The notes under the pieces are model-generated. The model ran no database searches and was not told the DNA's origin. It saw nothing but the letters and a program-made list of their open reading frames with translations. From assembly GCA_963749215.1 (NCBI GenBank), contig CAVVMA010000018.1, forward strand, positions 238,922-302,921: DNA of 64,000 nucleotides, given 5' to 3'. Positions 1-9,447 of this stretch are shown piece by piece. Position 1 is the first letter of the stretch. Each line of letters opens with the position of its first letter. A program made the position numbers and the translations under genes. The DNA comes from an uncultured delta proteobacterium (GTDB lineage: Bacteria > Desulfobacterota > Binatia > Binatales > Binataceae).

Positions 1-1361
1 CTCGAATGGGAAATTTCGGCCCCGGTCATCTGAAAGCCGCCGTCGCCGCATAGCACGAGCGGCCGCAGCCGGTTGCCAAGTTGCGCGCCGATCGCGGCGG
101 GCACCGCGAAGCCCATCGAAGCGTAAAATCCTTGCGCCAAGTAAGTCCCGCCGTGCGGCACCCGCACGTCGAGTCCGCCGAACAGCATGTCGCCCGATTC
201 CGCCACCACCATGTAACCGCGATGCGCCGCGAGGAACTCGTTTACCGTACTGAGCAACGCGCAGACTTTCACCGCGGCCCCGTCGCGCGAGGCGACGCCG
301 CCGAGGTTGTCGGCGTAGCGCACGTGCTCGCGATGGGTCCTAAGCTTCGTGTGCAGCAGCGCGCGCACGAAGTCGCGCACGCCGACATCCATGTAGCTGT
401 GGTACTTCACGTCGACGCGCCGGTCGACGGCCCATACCGTCTTGTCCTGGATAATATGCGGCGGGCGGTTGCCGAAGTTCATGTCGGTCTTGAGGCAGCC
501 GAGATTGAGCACGAAGTCGGCGGCGTCCATCCGCTTGACGATCGGCGCGGGACTGAGCGGCCCGACGTGTACGCCCATATGCAGCGGATGGTCCATCGGG
601 AAGGCGCCTTTGCCGAGCACGGTGGTCAGCACCGGCGCGCCCATCTTGCCGGCCAGCTCGACCAGGTCACGCGAGGCCTTGTAGCGATGGATTTCGATTC
701 CCGCGATCACCACCGGTCTGGACGACGCGTTGAACATCGCGGCGGTCTCGCGCACGGCCTCCGCGACCTTGCGCGCGTCGGACTCGTGGAAGTGAAGATG
801 CCCGTCCCATTCGATGATCTCGTCGGGCACTTCGATCTCACGATCGACCATGTCGCGATGAATCTCGATGTAACCGGGGCGCTGCTCGGCCCATACCGCG
901 CGCGTCACGTCGTGCAGATCGGCCGCCGCGCGCCTCGGATCGGTCAGCACGCGCGACGCGCAGGTGACTTCCTGGTAGATGCGATGCTGTGACTCGATCT
1001 CGCGGGCCTGATGGTGGATCAGCGTGCCGAGCTTGCGTTCGTCCTCGCCGGGGCCTCCGGAGAAGATCAGGAGCGGCACCCGCTCGGAGAACGAACCAGC
1101 GACCGGATTCACCATATTGTGCCCGCCGGCGCCGTAGGTCACGCAGACCACGCCGATCCGGCCCGTCGCCCGAGCATAGCCATCGGCCGCGAAGCCCACG
1201 CCAGGTTCATGAGAGAAGGTGACGATCTCGAGACCGTGTTTGCGGCCAAGCGCGAAGAACAGCCTCAGTGCCAGATCACCAGGAATCCCGAAGACCCGGG
1301 TCACGCCGATCTTGAGCAGGTAGGCGACTAGAAAGTCGCCGAGCGTCATCCGGCGTTTCAT
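1..1361 (-). CDS. Thiamine-diphosphate-dependent alpha-keto-acid decarboxylase (indolepyruvate/phenylpyruvate decarboxylase family); 3' end lies beyond the left edge
   Basis: Absent from the ORF track because it runs off the window. My reverse-strand translation from ATG at ~1361 reads MKRRMTLGDFLVAYLLKIGVTRVFGIPGD...VCVTYGAGGHNMVNPVAGSFSERVPLLIFSGGPG...AESGDMLFGG...GFAVPAAIGAQLG...LCGDGGFQM. These are the PYR-domain and TPP-binding GDG signatures. Confidence 0.8.
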   Translation of the reverse strand, partial: MKRRMTLGDFLVAYLLKIGVTRVFGIPGDLALRLFFALGRKHGLEIVTFSHEPGVGFAADGYARATGRIGVVCVTYGAGGHNMVNPVAGSFSERVPLLIFSGGPGEDERKLGTLIHHQAREIESQHRIYQEVTCASRVLTDPRRAAADLHDVTRAVWAEQRPGYIEIHRDMVDREIEVPDEIIEWDGHLHFHESDARKVAEAVRETAAMFNASSRPVVIAGIEIHRYKASRDLVELAGKMGAPVLTTVLGKGAFPMDHPLHMGVHVGPLSPAPIVKRMDAADFVLNLGCLKTDMNFGNRPPHIIQDKTVWAVDRRVDVKYHSYMDVGVRDFVRALLHTKLRTHREHVRYADNLGGVASRDGAAVKVCALLSTVNEFLAAHRGYMVVAESGDMLFGGLDVRVPHGGTYLAQGFYASMGFAVPAAIGAQLGNRLRPLVLCGDGGFQMTGAEISHS

Positions 1362-1445
1362 CACGCTCCTCACCGCCATCGCCTGGGAGGAGTCTAACAG
1401 AAAGCATTCGCGCGGGTGCGTGCGATGCAGGAAACAGGCCAAGCT

Positions 1446-1659
1446 ACCCTCACCCGGTGAGTAGCGAGCTTCGCTCGCACTCGCCGACCTCTCCCTGGTC
1501 AGGGCGAGGTGGCAGAGGCTCGCGCCGGGGTTTCGTTCCTTTCTTCCTCCGGTCGTTACCGTCGCGCACGAGAGAGCGATTCAGAGACGAGCGCCAGCAT
1601 CTTACGCCTCTCCCTGGTCAGGGAGAGGTCGGCGAGCGTTGCGCTCGCCGGGTGAGGGT
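1446..1659. repeat. Structured intergenic repeat, inverted pair (CCCTCACCC ... CTCTCCCTGGTCAGGG(C/A)GAGG // CCTCTCCCTGGTCAGGGAGAGG ... GGGTGAGGG)
   Basis: The two ~60-bp arms are reverse complements of each other and flank a ~90-bp spacer. The motif set matches 7975, 10393, 39546 and 57169. Confidence 0.8.
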
Positions 1660-1678
1660 ACCGCCGGGTTGTGATCGC

Positions 1679-2290
1679 TCAGACTTTGATCGCCAGAATT
1701 GAGCGCACCTTTGCCGCGACGTCTTTCGCGCGCACGACATCGGTAATTATCGCGGCGGCGTTGGCGCCGGCTTGCAGAACTTCGCGCACGCGTGGTTCGG
1801 TGATGCCGCCGATGGCTACGATCGGTAGCCTCACTGCGGCGCGGACTGCGCGGAGGTTGTTCAGACCCTGGCCGTCGCGGGTTCTCTTGAGGCCGCCGGA
1901 GTACATCGGGCCGAACCCGATGTAGTCGGCGCCGCCGGCTTCGGCCGCGCGCGCCTGCTCGGCCGAGTGCGTCGAGATTCCGATCAGCTTGCGCGCGCCC
2001 ATCAGGCGGCGCGCCGCTTCGAGCGGAAGATCATCCTGGCCGAGATGGACGCCGTCGGCCTCGGCCAGGATCGCGATATCCGCCCGATCGTTGACGATGA
2101 AGATCGCTCCCGCCGCGCGGCAGAGCGGCGCGATCGCCCGGGCCGCGGCGGCGAAGTCGCGCGCCGGCGTATCTTTGAGGCGCAACTGGAGAATTCGCGC
2201 GCCCGCCCCGATCATCACGCGCGCCAGTTCGACGGGATCGTGTCCGCCTGAGGGATCGACGATCGCGTAGAAGTGGGAGGGGAGGATCAA
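1679..2290 (-). CDS. thiE: Thiamine-phosphate synthase
   Basis: C-terminal 204 aa of ORF 1679..2668: HFYAIVDPSGGHDPVELARVMIGAGARILQLRLKD...IFIVNDRADIA...GVHLGQDD...IGISTHS...ADYIGFGPMY...PIVAIGGI. The upstream part of the ORF is Arg-rich junk overlapping the regulator gene. The likely start is TTG at 2290, overlapping that gene's TGA (TTGA). Confidence 0.85.
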   Translation of the reverse strand: MILPSHFYAIVDPSGGHDPVELARVMIGAGARILQLRLKDTPARDFAAAARAIAPLCRAAGAIFIVNDRADIAILAEADGVHLGQDDLPLEAARRLMGARKLIGISTHSAEQARAAEAGGADYIGFGPMYSGGLKRTRDGQGLNNLRAVRAAVRLPIVAIGGITEPRVREVLQAGANAAAIITDVVRAKDVAAKVRSILAIKV

Positions 2291-3804
2291 TCCGGCGGGC
2301 TCTTGCGCAGGACGATTCGGTGCTCGGTGATTTTCTTGCGCAGGGTGTTGCGATTGAGACCGAGCATCCGGGCCGCCCGCACCTGGTTGCCGCCCGCGCG
2401 TTCGAGCACGATATCGATCAACGGACGCTCCAGCTCCGCGACCATCGTCTGGTAGAGACCGCGCACTTCCTCGCCGCCGCCGTCGGCGGCCAGCTCGCCC
2501 ATCCGGCGCGTGACGATATCGGCGAAGGTGGCGCTCGAATCCGACGACGCGTGCGCGGCGATCGGAGCGGATCCCAGCGCGATATCCTCGGGCTGAATCG
2601 CCGTGCCGGGAGCGAGCAGCGCCGCGCGCAGCACGCAATTCTCCAGCTCGCGGACGTTGCCGGGCCAATGGTACGAGGCGAGCTTGTCGTAGGCTTCGCG
2701 GCTGACCGCAGTGGCGCGTGCGCCCATCTCCCGCGCGGCTTTGGCGACGAAATAGTCGGTCAGTTCGGGAATGTCGTCGCGGCGCTCACGCAGCGGCGGC
2801 AGCTTGATCAGGATCACGCCCAGGCGAAAATAGAGGTCCTCGCGAAAGCGGCGCGCCCTGACCGCGGCTTCGAGATCCTGGTTGGTGGCCGCGATCACGC
2901 GCGCTTCGAGCTTGTGAGTCTCCACGCCGCCGACCCGCGTGAACTCGCGCTCCTGGAGAACCCGCAGCAGCTTGGGTTGCAGTTCGAGCGGCAGGTCGCC
3001 GATTTCGTCGAGAAAGATCGTGCCCTGCCCGGCGAGCTCGAACTTGCCGGAGCGCCGGTCGGTCGCTCCGGTGAACGATCCGCGCTCGTGGCCGAACAGT
3101 TCGCTTTCGAGCAATCCGCCCGGGATCGCCGAGCAATTGACCGCCACCAGCGGCGCGCGCCATCGCGCCGACTTGAAGTGGACCGCCCGCACCACCAGTT
3201 CCTTGCCGGTTCCGCTCTCGCCGGTGAGCAGCACCAGCGCGTCGTTGTTCACGACCTTGCCGATCAGCTTGTAGACTTCCTGCATCGGGGCGGAACGGCC
3301 GATTATCTCGCCCCCGACCAGGCTGCCGCTGACCTGGTTGTGCAGGCGATCGAAATCCGCGCTCTGCGCAGCGATTTCGCTGGCGCGGGCGACGGCCGAG
3401 GCGACCAGATCGAGATTGGCGAACGGCTTGGTCAGGTAATCGTGCGCGCCGCGTTTCATCGCCTCGACGGCGTTGTTCATCGTGCTGGCGGCGGTGATGA
3501 TGATAACCAGGGTGCGGATTTCCTCGGTGCGGGCGGTGGTCAGCACCTCCAGTCCGCCCACGCCGGGCATCACGATATCGACCAGCGCGACATCGAAGCG
3601 TCCGGTGCGGAGCGCGTCCATCGCGCTCTGGCTGTCGCTGGCCTCTTCGACCGCGAAGCCGGCGGCTTCCAGGCTGTCGCGGAGCACGAGGCGAATCGCC
3701 GGGTCGTCGTCGGCGACCAGCACCGTGGCCAGAGGGTTGCCCCCGGGTTTGATCAAATCTGGATTTGCTGCTGCCATTACCGGAATCGGCGCATCCGCCG
3801 CCAT
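2287..3804 (-). CDS. Sigma-54-dependent response regulator (REC + AAA+ + Fis-type HTH; NtrC/AtoC family)
   Basis: N-terminal receiver (LVADDDPAIRLVL...DVALVDIVMPG). AAA+ core with GESGTGKELVVRAVH, the GSFTGA loop (GAFTGA variant) and LFLDEIGDLP. C-terminal HTH GNQVRAARMLGLNRNTLRKKI. Confidence 0.9.
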   Translation of the reverse strand: MAADAPIPVMAAANPDLIKPGGNPLATVLVADDDPAIRLVLRDSLEAAGFAVEEASDSQSAMDALRTGRFDVALVDIVMPGVGGLEVLTTARTEEIRTLVIIITAASTMNNAVEAMKRGAHDYLTKPFANLDLVASAVARASEIAAQSADFDRLHNQVSGSLVGGEIIGRSAPMQEVYKLIGKVVNNDALVLLTGESGTGKELVVRAVHFKSARWRAPLVAVNCSAIPGGLLESELFGHERGSFTGATDRRSGKFELAGQGTIFLDEIGDLPLELQPKLLRVLQEREFTRVGGVETHKLEARVIAATNQDLEAAVRARRFREDLYFRLGVILIKLPPLRERRDDIPELTDYFVAKAAREMGARATAVSREAYDKLASYHWPGNVRELENCVLRAALLAPGTAIQPEDIALGSAPIAAHASSDSSATFADIVTRRMGELAADGGGEEVRGLYQTMVAELERPLIDIVLERAGGNQVRAARMLGLNRNTLRKKITEHRIVLRKSPPD

Positions 3805-3825
3805 TTCGCAATCGTAACAGTAAGC

Positions 3826-4968
3826 CTAAGCCGTCGGCGAGTCAGTCCTGACCGGGAGCGTCACCTTGAAGGTCATCCCGGGCGGAGCGGAAGAGTCGAC
3901 GGAGCCGGAACCGGCTTCCCCGCCGGCGTTGTGACCGTACGCCGCGATACCGCCGCCCCGCTCGGCCCAGAGGCTGCCGCCATGGAGCATGACGATTCGC
4001 TGGCTGATTACCAATCCCAGCCCGGTACCCTGCGGCTTGGTCGTGAAGAATGGAGTGAACAGTTGCGCCAGGTCTTCGTCGCTGATCCCCTTGCCGCTGT
4101 CGCTGACCTCGACGCGCAAGAAATGGCGGCGACGGCCTTCCGCGGTCATCCGAAACTGCGTCTCCATCCGGGTGCTGAGCCTGATCGTGCCGTGAGAGCC
4201 GATCGCCTCTACGGCGTTGCGGATCAGATTGAGGAATACGCGCTCGAGCGCGCCTGCGTCGCCGGCGACCTCGGGAAGACTCGGATCGAAGAGTTGCTCA
4301 ACCGTTATTCCGGCCGGACAGTTCGGGTAGAGCCCCGCCATCTTGAGCGCCTGATGGAGCACGCGATGGATATTGACCGGCTGGGTTGCAAAGCGCTGAT
4401 GGGAGCTGAAGGCGAGCACCTGCTCGACCAGCGCGGCGATTCTATCGACGCCCTCGAGGATGACGTTGCAATATCCCTGGGCGCGCGGGTCGTTGCGAAA
4501 CATCGCGGCCAGCAGCTCGCCTGCGCCCTTAATTCCGGTGAGCGGATTCTTGACCTCGTGCGCAAGTCCGGCGGGCGAGAGCCGCAGACCGGCCGCGCTC
4601 CCTTCCACAGTTCGCTCGGTGCTCTTCTGATGCGATAGGTCCTGAAGCAGGATCACCGCGCCGCGGATTCGGCCATCCTCTTTCGTCAGCGGAGAGGCCT
4701 CCGCGCGCACCGCGACGGAACGGCGATTCAGGACCAGCTCGGCATCCGGGTCGGACAGATTCTGCCCGCTCTTTAGGCACGATGCGATCATCCGAGCCAA
4801 CCAGTCGTTGCGGCCAAGCAACTCGTGAATGAAGCCCGAACCGGGTTTCGAGACGCCAAGCAACGTTTCAGCAGCGGGATTGAGCGCCGTAGGTTCAAGG
4901 TCCGCCGAAAGCACGACTATTGCATCGCCTAGACTATCGACGACATCGCGCCAAACGGTTATCCGCAT
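3826..4968 (-). CDS. PAS-domain sensor histidine kinase (NtrB-like, cytoplasmic)
   Basis: H-box HEVKNPLTGIKGAGELL. N/G boxes LNLIRNAVEA, DSGKGI, GTGLGLVISQRIV. No obvious TM segment. Sits 22 nt upstream of the response regulator on the same strand. Confidence 0.85.
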   Translation of the reverse strand: MRITVWRDVVDSLGDAIVVLSADLEPTALNPAAETLLGVSKPGSGFIHELLGRNDWLARMIASCLKSGQNLSDPDAELVLNRRSVAVRAEASPLTKEDGRIRGAVILLQDLSHQKSTERTVEGSAAGLRLSPAGLAHEVKNPLTGIKGAGELLAAMFRNDPRAQGYCNVILEGVDRIAALVEQVLAFSSHQRFATQPVNIHRVLHQALKMAGLYPNCPAGITVEQLFDPSLPEVAGDAGALERVFLNLIRNAVEAIGSHGTIRLSTRMETQFRMTAEGRRRHFLRVEVSDSGKGISDEDLAQLFTPFFTTKPQGTGLGLVISQRIVMLHGGSLWAERGGGIAAYGHNAGGEAGSGSVDSSAPPGMTFKVTLPVRTDSPTA

Positions 4969-5230
4969 CGCTGATGCACGGGGAGGCAGGCGGGCATTCT
5001 GGGCGGCAACCTACCATAAACCGGCGCACCAGCTAAGGCGTCGGCCAATCCCCGGATCGGAGATCATTAGTTTGTGTTGCCGCAAGGTGCCAGTTAGATA
5101 AGCCTGATGCTGTGGAGAGATTAGAGCTTTTAATGTATGACCGCTCGATTACGGGTTGATTGACAAAGGTTCAACCGCTAGGGTCTTCGGAACCCCCGAT
5201 TTCGGTCGGGAATCCTCGAATCTGAAAGTG

Positions 5231-6262
5231 ATGCGAAAGAGACGACTATTCCCAGGGCTGCTACTGGTTCTTGTCCTGCCCGTCTGCGCCCAAGCGAAGA
5301 TTTGGGGCGCACACAGCTTGGTTGTTTCGAGTCAGTCCGCCTCGGCCTCGGCTAACCAGATACGCTTCGGCGGTCAGCCGGTCCTGATTCCGACCGTCTC
5401 GGTGCCAGCTACCGAAGCCGTCGCGACGCCAGCCCGACTGGCCGTGACGGGTCCGGTGGTGACCGTGAGCCTTCCCGATCCCAAGCTTCACTTGGCCTTC
5501 AAACACGACGCACCGCGCCGAGTTCCACCCTTTCCGCTGACCCTGAATCAAACCGTCCGCCGGTATATCGACTCATTCCTCAACCAACCGGAGTTCCTTG
5601 AGGCCTCCTTCAGTCGGGTCGCGCCGTATATGGCGGACATGGTCAGGGAACTCGACCAACGTGGCCTGCCGAGGGATCTCTTGTACCTGGCCTTCGCCGA
5701 GAGCGAGTTCTCCAAAGAGGGCGCTGGGCCGTGGCAGCTTACCCGATCGACGGCGCGGCGCTTTGGCCTCCGTATCGACCGCTACGTTGACGAGCGCCGC
5801 GATCCGGTAAAATCTACCCGCGCGGCGGCCGAGTTCCTCGCCGACCTGCACGATCAAATCGGCGATTGGAGGATAACGCTGGCGAGCTGGAACCGTGGCG
5901 AAGGTTCCATCGACCGGTTCTGGGCGCTACGCGGCACGGACTATAGCCGTTTGATCAAGAAGCTGCCGCGATGCACCCGCACCCTGCTCAACCGTTTCAT
6001 GGCGGTGGCGCTTATCGCCCGCAACGCGGAGGAGTACGGTTTTGAGCCGATGGAGTATTCGCGTCCTCCGTTCGACCGGGTATCGGTGCGAGGCGGAACG
6101 CTGCTCAGTTCGGTGGCTCGGACGGCGGGAACGTCGGTCCAGACGATCCGTCGGCTGAATCCCGCCCTCTTGCGCGACAAGGTCCCGCCCAATGTCACCG
6201 TCTACGACGTATGGGTGCCGCGCGTATCTGATGACTCCGCGGAAGACTCAGGCGAATACTGA
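5231..6262 (+). CDS. Secreted lytic transglycosylase (SLT domain) with C-terminal LysM
   Basis: Signal peptide MRKRRLFPGLLLVLVLPVCAQA. SLT catalytic region LAFAESEFSKEGAGPWQLTRSTARRFGL. LysM-like VRGGTLLSSVARTAGTSVQTIRRLNP. Start moved to the ATG at 5231 inside ORF 5156..6262. Confidence 0.8.
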   Translation: MRKRRLFPGLLLVLVLPVCAQAKIWGAHSLVVSSQSASASANQIRFGGQPVLIPTVSVPATEAVATPARLAVTGPVVTVSLPDPKLHLAFKHDAPRRVPPFPLTLNQTVRRYIDSFLNQPEFLEASFSRVAPYMADMVRELDQRGLPRDLLYLAFAESEFSKEGAGPWQLTRSTARRFGLRIDRYVDERRDPVKSTRAAAEFLADLHDQIGDWRITLASWNRGEGSIDRFWALRGTDYSRLIKKLPRCTRTLLNRFMAVALIARNAEEYGFEPMEYSRPPFDRVSVRGGTLLSSVARTAGTSVQTIRRLNPALLRDKVPPNVTVYDVWVPRVSDDSAEDSGEY

Positions 6263-6376
6263 GTTCGATCCCGATCGACTTCTCGCCCGATCAACTTCGC
6301 TGCCGTTCCACTTCCCCCAAGCGATTCTCTCGCGAAGCCAAGGCGCGTATCCTTGGGCGCGGCAGGGGATCTCTCC

Positions 6377-7646
6377 ATGATCGGCGCAGACGATGCCCTC
6401 AGGCTGGTCCTGAATAACGTCGCGGTGCTCGGCGTCGAGCGGGCGCCGATAACCTCGGCGCTTTCGCGCGTGCTGGCCGAGGAGATCCGCTCGCCCCGCG
6501 ACATTCCCGGCTTCGACAACTCCGCGATGGATGGTTACGCCGTGCGCGCGCAAGACGTGGCGTCGGCGAGCGAATCGAAGCCCGCGAGGTTGAGAGTCGT
6601 CGAGACGATCGCCGCCGGCGCGATGCCTTCGCGAGCGATCGGGTCGGGCGAGGCTGCCAGGATCATGACCGGGGCGGCCCTTCCTGCGGGCGCCGACGCG
6701 GTCGTCCCGGTCGAGCGGACGCGCGGCACCGCGAGCGATACAGAAGTCGAAATTACCGCCTCGTCGGAGCGGCGCGGCTTCATTCGCCCGCGCGGCGAGG
6801 ACCTCCGCGAGGGTGCGATCGCGATGATTTCCGGGAAACGGCTGTCGCCGGCCGACCTCGGGACGTTGGCGTCGCTCAACCGCTCGGTGGTCAACGTCTA
6901 CCGGAGGCCACGCGTAGCGATCGTCGCCACGGGTGACGAGCTGGTCGAACGTCGATCAGATTCCCACAGGGGCGCAGGTCGTGAACTCGAGCGCGTACGC
7001 GCTTCATGGCGCGATCGTCGAAGCGGGCGGAGAGCCTGTCTTGCTCAAGGTGGCGCGCGACCGGCCCGAGGAGGTTCGGGCGCGGCTTTCAGAAGCGCTC
7101 GCGTTTGATGCGGTCCTCTCGACCGGAGGCGTTTCAGTCGGGCAATTCGACCATGTGAAGGAAGTGCTCGACGCGATGGGGCTCGCGCAACTCTTCCACG
7201 GCGTCGCGCAAAAGCCGGGGCGTCCGCTCAAGTTCGGCCTTATCGGCAAGCGTCCGATGTTCGGACTGCCGGGAAATCCGGTTTCGACGATGGTCTGCTT
7301 TTACCTGTACGCACGTCCCGCGATCCTCAAGATGGGCGGGCGACGCGAGCTTGGGCTCCCGCGCATAACCGTGCGATGCGCAACCGACATCAAAGTGTCC
7401 AACGGCCTGACCGAGTTCGTGCGCGTCAGGCTGGAGCGGCGCGAGGGCGAGTTGTTCGCCGCGCCGACCGGCAGCCAGGGTTCGGGAATTTTTAGTTCGC
7501 TCTCGCAAGCGGACGCCCTGCTGGTCGGCCCGATGAAGGAAACGCTTTTGAAGGCGGGGTCTCAGGCGACGGTTCTGCTGCTCGCGGCGGAAGCGGCTGC
7601 CGACACGGAACCGTTCTTCGAGGAGCGCCGCTTCCAGAGCCATTGA
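6377..7646 (+). pseudogene. moeA: Molybdopterin molybdenumtransferase MoeA, split by one +1 frame change near 6950 (or a sequencing indel)
   Basis: ORF 6353..7108 carries DIPGFDNSAMDGYAV...IMTGAALPAGADAVVPVE...VAIVATGDELVE. ORF 6933..7646 continues in the next frame with VDQIPTGAQVVNSSAY...STGGVSVGQFDHVKE...GLPGNPVSTMV. Together they make one complete MoeA. Confidence 0.8.
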
Positions 7647-7846
7647 ATGACCAGGGTCGCTGCGGAACCGAAAATCGCGGCGCCGAGCAGAATCGTGGAG
7701 ACTGGAATCTTGAGGGCCAGCAACGCGAACGGGAGCAGGCGGATATCGACTGCCTCCAACTGGAAATTTTCGTAAATGACGTACGCGACCCACAACGCAA
7801 CGATCGCGGCGATGATGACTTTCGGATTCTTGGCGAAGTTTGGCAT
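7562..7846 (-). CDS. Small inner-membrane protein, LapA/DUF1049-like
   Basis: MPNFAKNPKVIIAAIVALWVAYVIYENFQLEAVDIRLL...ILLGAAIFGSAATLVIQWLWKRR: two TM helices around a short loop. The 3' end overlaps the moeA 3' end convergently by 85 nt. Confidence 0.5.
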   Translation of the reverse strand: MPNFAKNPKVIIAAIVALWVAYVIYENFQLEAVDIRLLPFALLALKIPVSTILLGAAIFGSAATLVIQWLWKRRSSKNGSVSAAASAASSRTVA

Positions 7847-7974
7847 CGCGACGCGTCCTCCTTTAGCGAGATTGGAGCGTTTACGCCACGTTGTCAACGC
7901 AGCGGAGTCACGTCAGCACAGCAATTTTTTTCCGTCATCCTTAGGGCTTGTGATTTCACACGTCGTTAACAGCA

Positions 7975-8122
7975 CCCTCACCCGGCCGGCGAGAACGCTG
8001 GCCGTCCTCTCCCGCAAAAGAGCGGGCGAGGTGTTAGGAGCCAGGAGAGCAAAGCCTCGTATGCCTTCTCCCGGTTGCGGGAGAGGTCGTGCGGGCCGGC
8101 ACGGCCCGCGCGGATGAGGGTG
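7975..8122. repeat. Structured intergenic repeat, inverted pair
   Basis: CCCTCACCCGGCCGGCGAGAACGCTGGCCGTCCTCTCCCGCAAAAGAGCGGGCGAGG ... CCTTCTCCCGGTTGCGGGAGAGGTCGTGCGGGCCGGCACGGCCCGCGCGGATGAGGGTG. It occupies the first 34 nt of the 8089 ORF. Confidence 0.75.
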
Positions 8123-8130
8123 CTGCCGGC

Positions 8131-8613
8131 GTGAAATACCGCATCGGCCAGGGCTTCGATCTTCATCCACTTGAGAAAGGCCGCAAGCTCATCCTCGGCG
8201 GGGTCGAGATCCCCCACGACCGCGGATTGCGCGGACACTCCGATGCTGACGCGGCGGCGCACGCACTTGCCAACGCGATCCTCGGCGCGATCGGCGAGGG
8301 CGACCTCGGCCGCCACTTCCCCGACCGCGACCCCCGTTACAAGGACGCCGACAGCCTCATCCTGCTCGCCGAAGTCAGCAAGCTCGCGGGCACCCGTGGA
8401 TGGAGTCTCGTCAACGCCGACCTGACGATTTTCGCGCAAGCGCCGCGCTTGGCGCCCCATCTCGCCGCGATGCGCGAGCGGCTGGCCGCCGCGCTCGACG
8501 CGCAGCCCGATCAACTCAACGTCAAGGCGTCGAGCCCGGAGGGAGTAGGCGCGCTCGGCCGCGGCGAAGGAATCGCCGCCGCCGCGGTGGTGCTGCTCAG
8601 CCGAGTAGATTGA
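8131..8613 (+). CDS. ispF: 2-C-methyl-D-erythritol 2,4-cyclodiphosphate synthase
   Basis: KYRIGQGFDLHPL...LGGVEIPHDRGLRGHSDADAAAHALANAILGA...GRHFPDRDPRYKDADS...IFAQAPRLAPH. Start placed at the GTG at 8131, just past the repeat element. The ATG at 8089 is the alternative. Confidence 0.9.
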   Translation: MKYRIGQGFDLHPLEKGRKLILGGVEIPHDRGLRGHSDADAAAHALANAILGAIGEGDLGRHFPDRDPRYKDADSLILLAEVSKLAGTRGWSLVNADLTIFAQAPRLAPHLAAMRERLAAALDAQPDQLNVKASSPEGVGALGRGEGIAAAAVVLLSRVD

Positions 8614-8696
8614 ATATATGGCCTGGCTTACCATGTATTGAGTATTGAGAATTGTGAACTTGGGGCATCGACACGAGCAAGTCGGGTTGCGGGCGA

Positions 8697-9068
8697 ATGA
8701 AGACGGGGACGTTCACTGTAGAGCCCTTTGCCGACAGCATGGAGCGGTTCCGCCGAACCTTTGAGGCGGTGCGGGCCGGGAAGCGCGTTAAGCCGCAGGC
8801 GGTGGCTGGCTTTACCAGCCTCGAGGCGGCTCGCAATTTCCTGACGCGCCAACGGCTGACTCTATTGCGGGCGATCAGGACGCACCATCCGCACTCGATT
8901 TACGACCTGGCGAAGACGGTCAAGAGAAATCTGAAGAACGTGCAGGAAGACGTGCAGATTCTCGAGCGGCACGGGCTGCTCCGTATCACGAAGCGTCCGC
9001 GCGGTACGCGACAGGTCAAGGTGCCGGAAGTTCCGTTCGAGGAGATCGCGCTGCGGATCGCGATTTGA
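8697..9068 (+). CDS. Winged-HTH DNA-binding protein (putative transcriptional regulator or antitoxin-like)
   Basis: 123 aa. LTRQRLTLLRAIRTHHPHSIYDLAKTVKRNLKNVQEDVQILERHGLL is a wHTH pattern. AT-rich upstream region carries a TATTGAG TATTGAG direct repeat. Confidence 0.55.
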   Translation: MKTGTFTVEPFADSMERFRRTFEAVRAGKRVKPQAVAGFTSLEAARNFLTRQRLTLLRAIRTHHPHSIYDLAKTVKRNLKNVQEDVQILERHGLLRITKRPRGTRQVKVPEVPFEEIALRIAI

Positions 9069-9084
9069 GCGGCAGGTCGCCCGC

Positions 9085-9447
9085 CTAAAGATCGTCGTCG
9101 CCGCCGGACTCGCCGCCTTCGTCCAGGTCGCCGCCGCTTTCGAGCTCGTCGACAGCTTCGTCGAATTCGGCGCCGCCGAACTCATCGCCCATCTCCTTGC
9201 CCATGTTGCGCATCATCCGGGCGACGCTTTTCGGATCTTTCTCGTCGAGGTCGCCGAATTTGGACGGATCCGCGAGCTGGTCGAGGCGCGCCTCTTCGCT
9301 GCGCGGCATCGCGAACCGCGACATCAGGCGATGCATCTTCGGGCTGCCGCAATGCTTGCACTTCGCGTCGACCTTCTCGCTGACGCGAGTGGTGAGGAAG
9401 CTGGTGCGTTTGCGGCACTTGTCACATTCGTATTCGTAGATCGGCAT
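9085..9447 (-). CDS. FmdB-family zinc-ribbon protein with acidic tail
   Basis: MPIYEYECDKCRKRTSFL...KCKHCGS (CxxC...CxxC), then a D/E/G-rich C-terminus. Start at the internal ATG at 9447 of ORF 9085..9495. Confidence 0.8.
   Translation of the reverse strand: MPIYEYECDKCRKRTSFLTTRVSEKVDAKCKHCGSPKMHRLMSRFAMPRSEEARLDQLADPSKFGDLDEKDPKSVARMMRNMGKEMGDEFGGAEFDEAVDELESGGDLDEGGESGGDDDL

Noticed and set aside
2320-4638. Very long ORFs antisense to recognised genes. Examples: 2320..4638 (+, 772 aa), 14681..16921 (-, 746 aa), 59992..61890 (-, 632 aa), 61794..63146 (-, 450 aa), 51390..52745 (-, 451 aa), 81..992 (+, 303 aa).
   Set aside because: They are Arg/Ala/Gly/His-rich low-complexity translations with no motifs. 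Each lies opposite a gene with clear family signatures. Long stop-free antisense frames are expected at ~65% GC.
5072-5092. Sigma-54-like sequence TGGCACCTTGCGGCA on the minus strand upstream of the histidine kinase operon.
   Set aside because: The GC of the -12 element is displaced by one nucleotide relative to TGGCAC-N5-TTGC and no TTGC is at the right spacing. It is much weaker than the exact match at 38315.
5160-5225. tRNA-like T-arm sequence (GGTCGGGAATCCTCGAA) and other possible small RNAs in the 4969-5230 intergenic region.
   Set aside because: No cloverleaf can be drawn: there is no acceptor stem pairing or anticodon arm. I found no tRNA, rRNA, tmRNA or riboswitch consensus anywhere in the window by eye, although without covariance-model scanning I cannot exclude them.
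7562-7646. 85-nt convergent overlap between the moeA 3' end and the LapA-like gene as a regulatory antisense arrangement.
   Set aside because: Both tails (AAEAAADTEPFFEERRFQSH and SSKNGSVSAAASAASSRTVA) look like non-conserved extensions. The overlap may come from late stop codons in GC-rich sequence. Nothing else supports a function.
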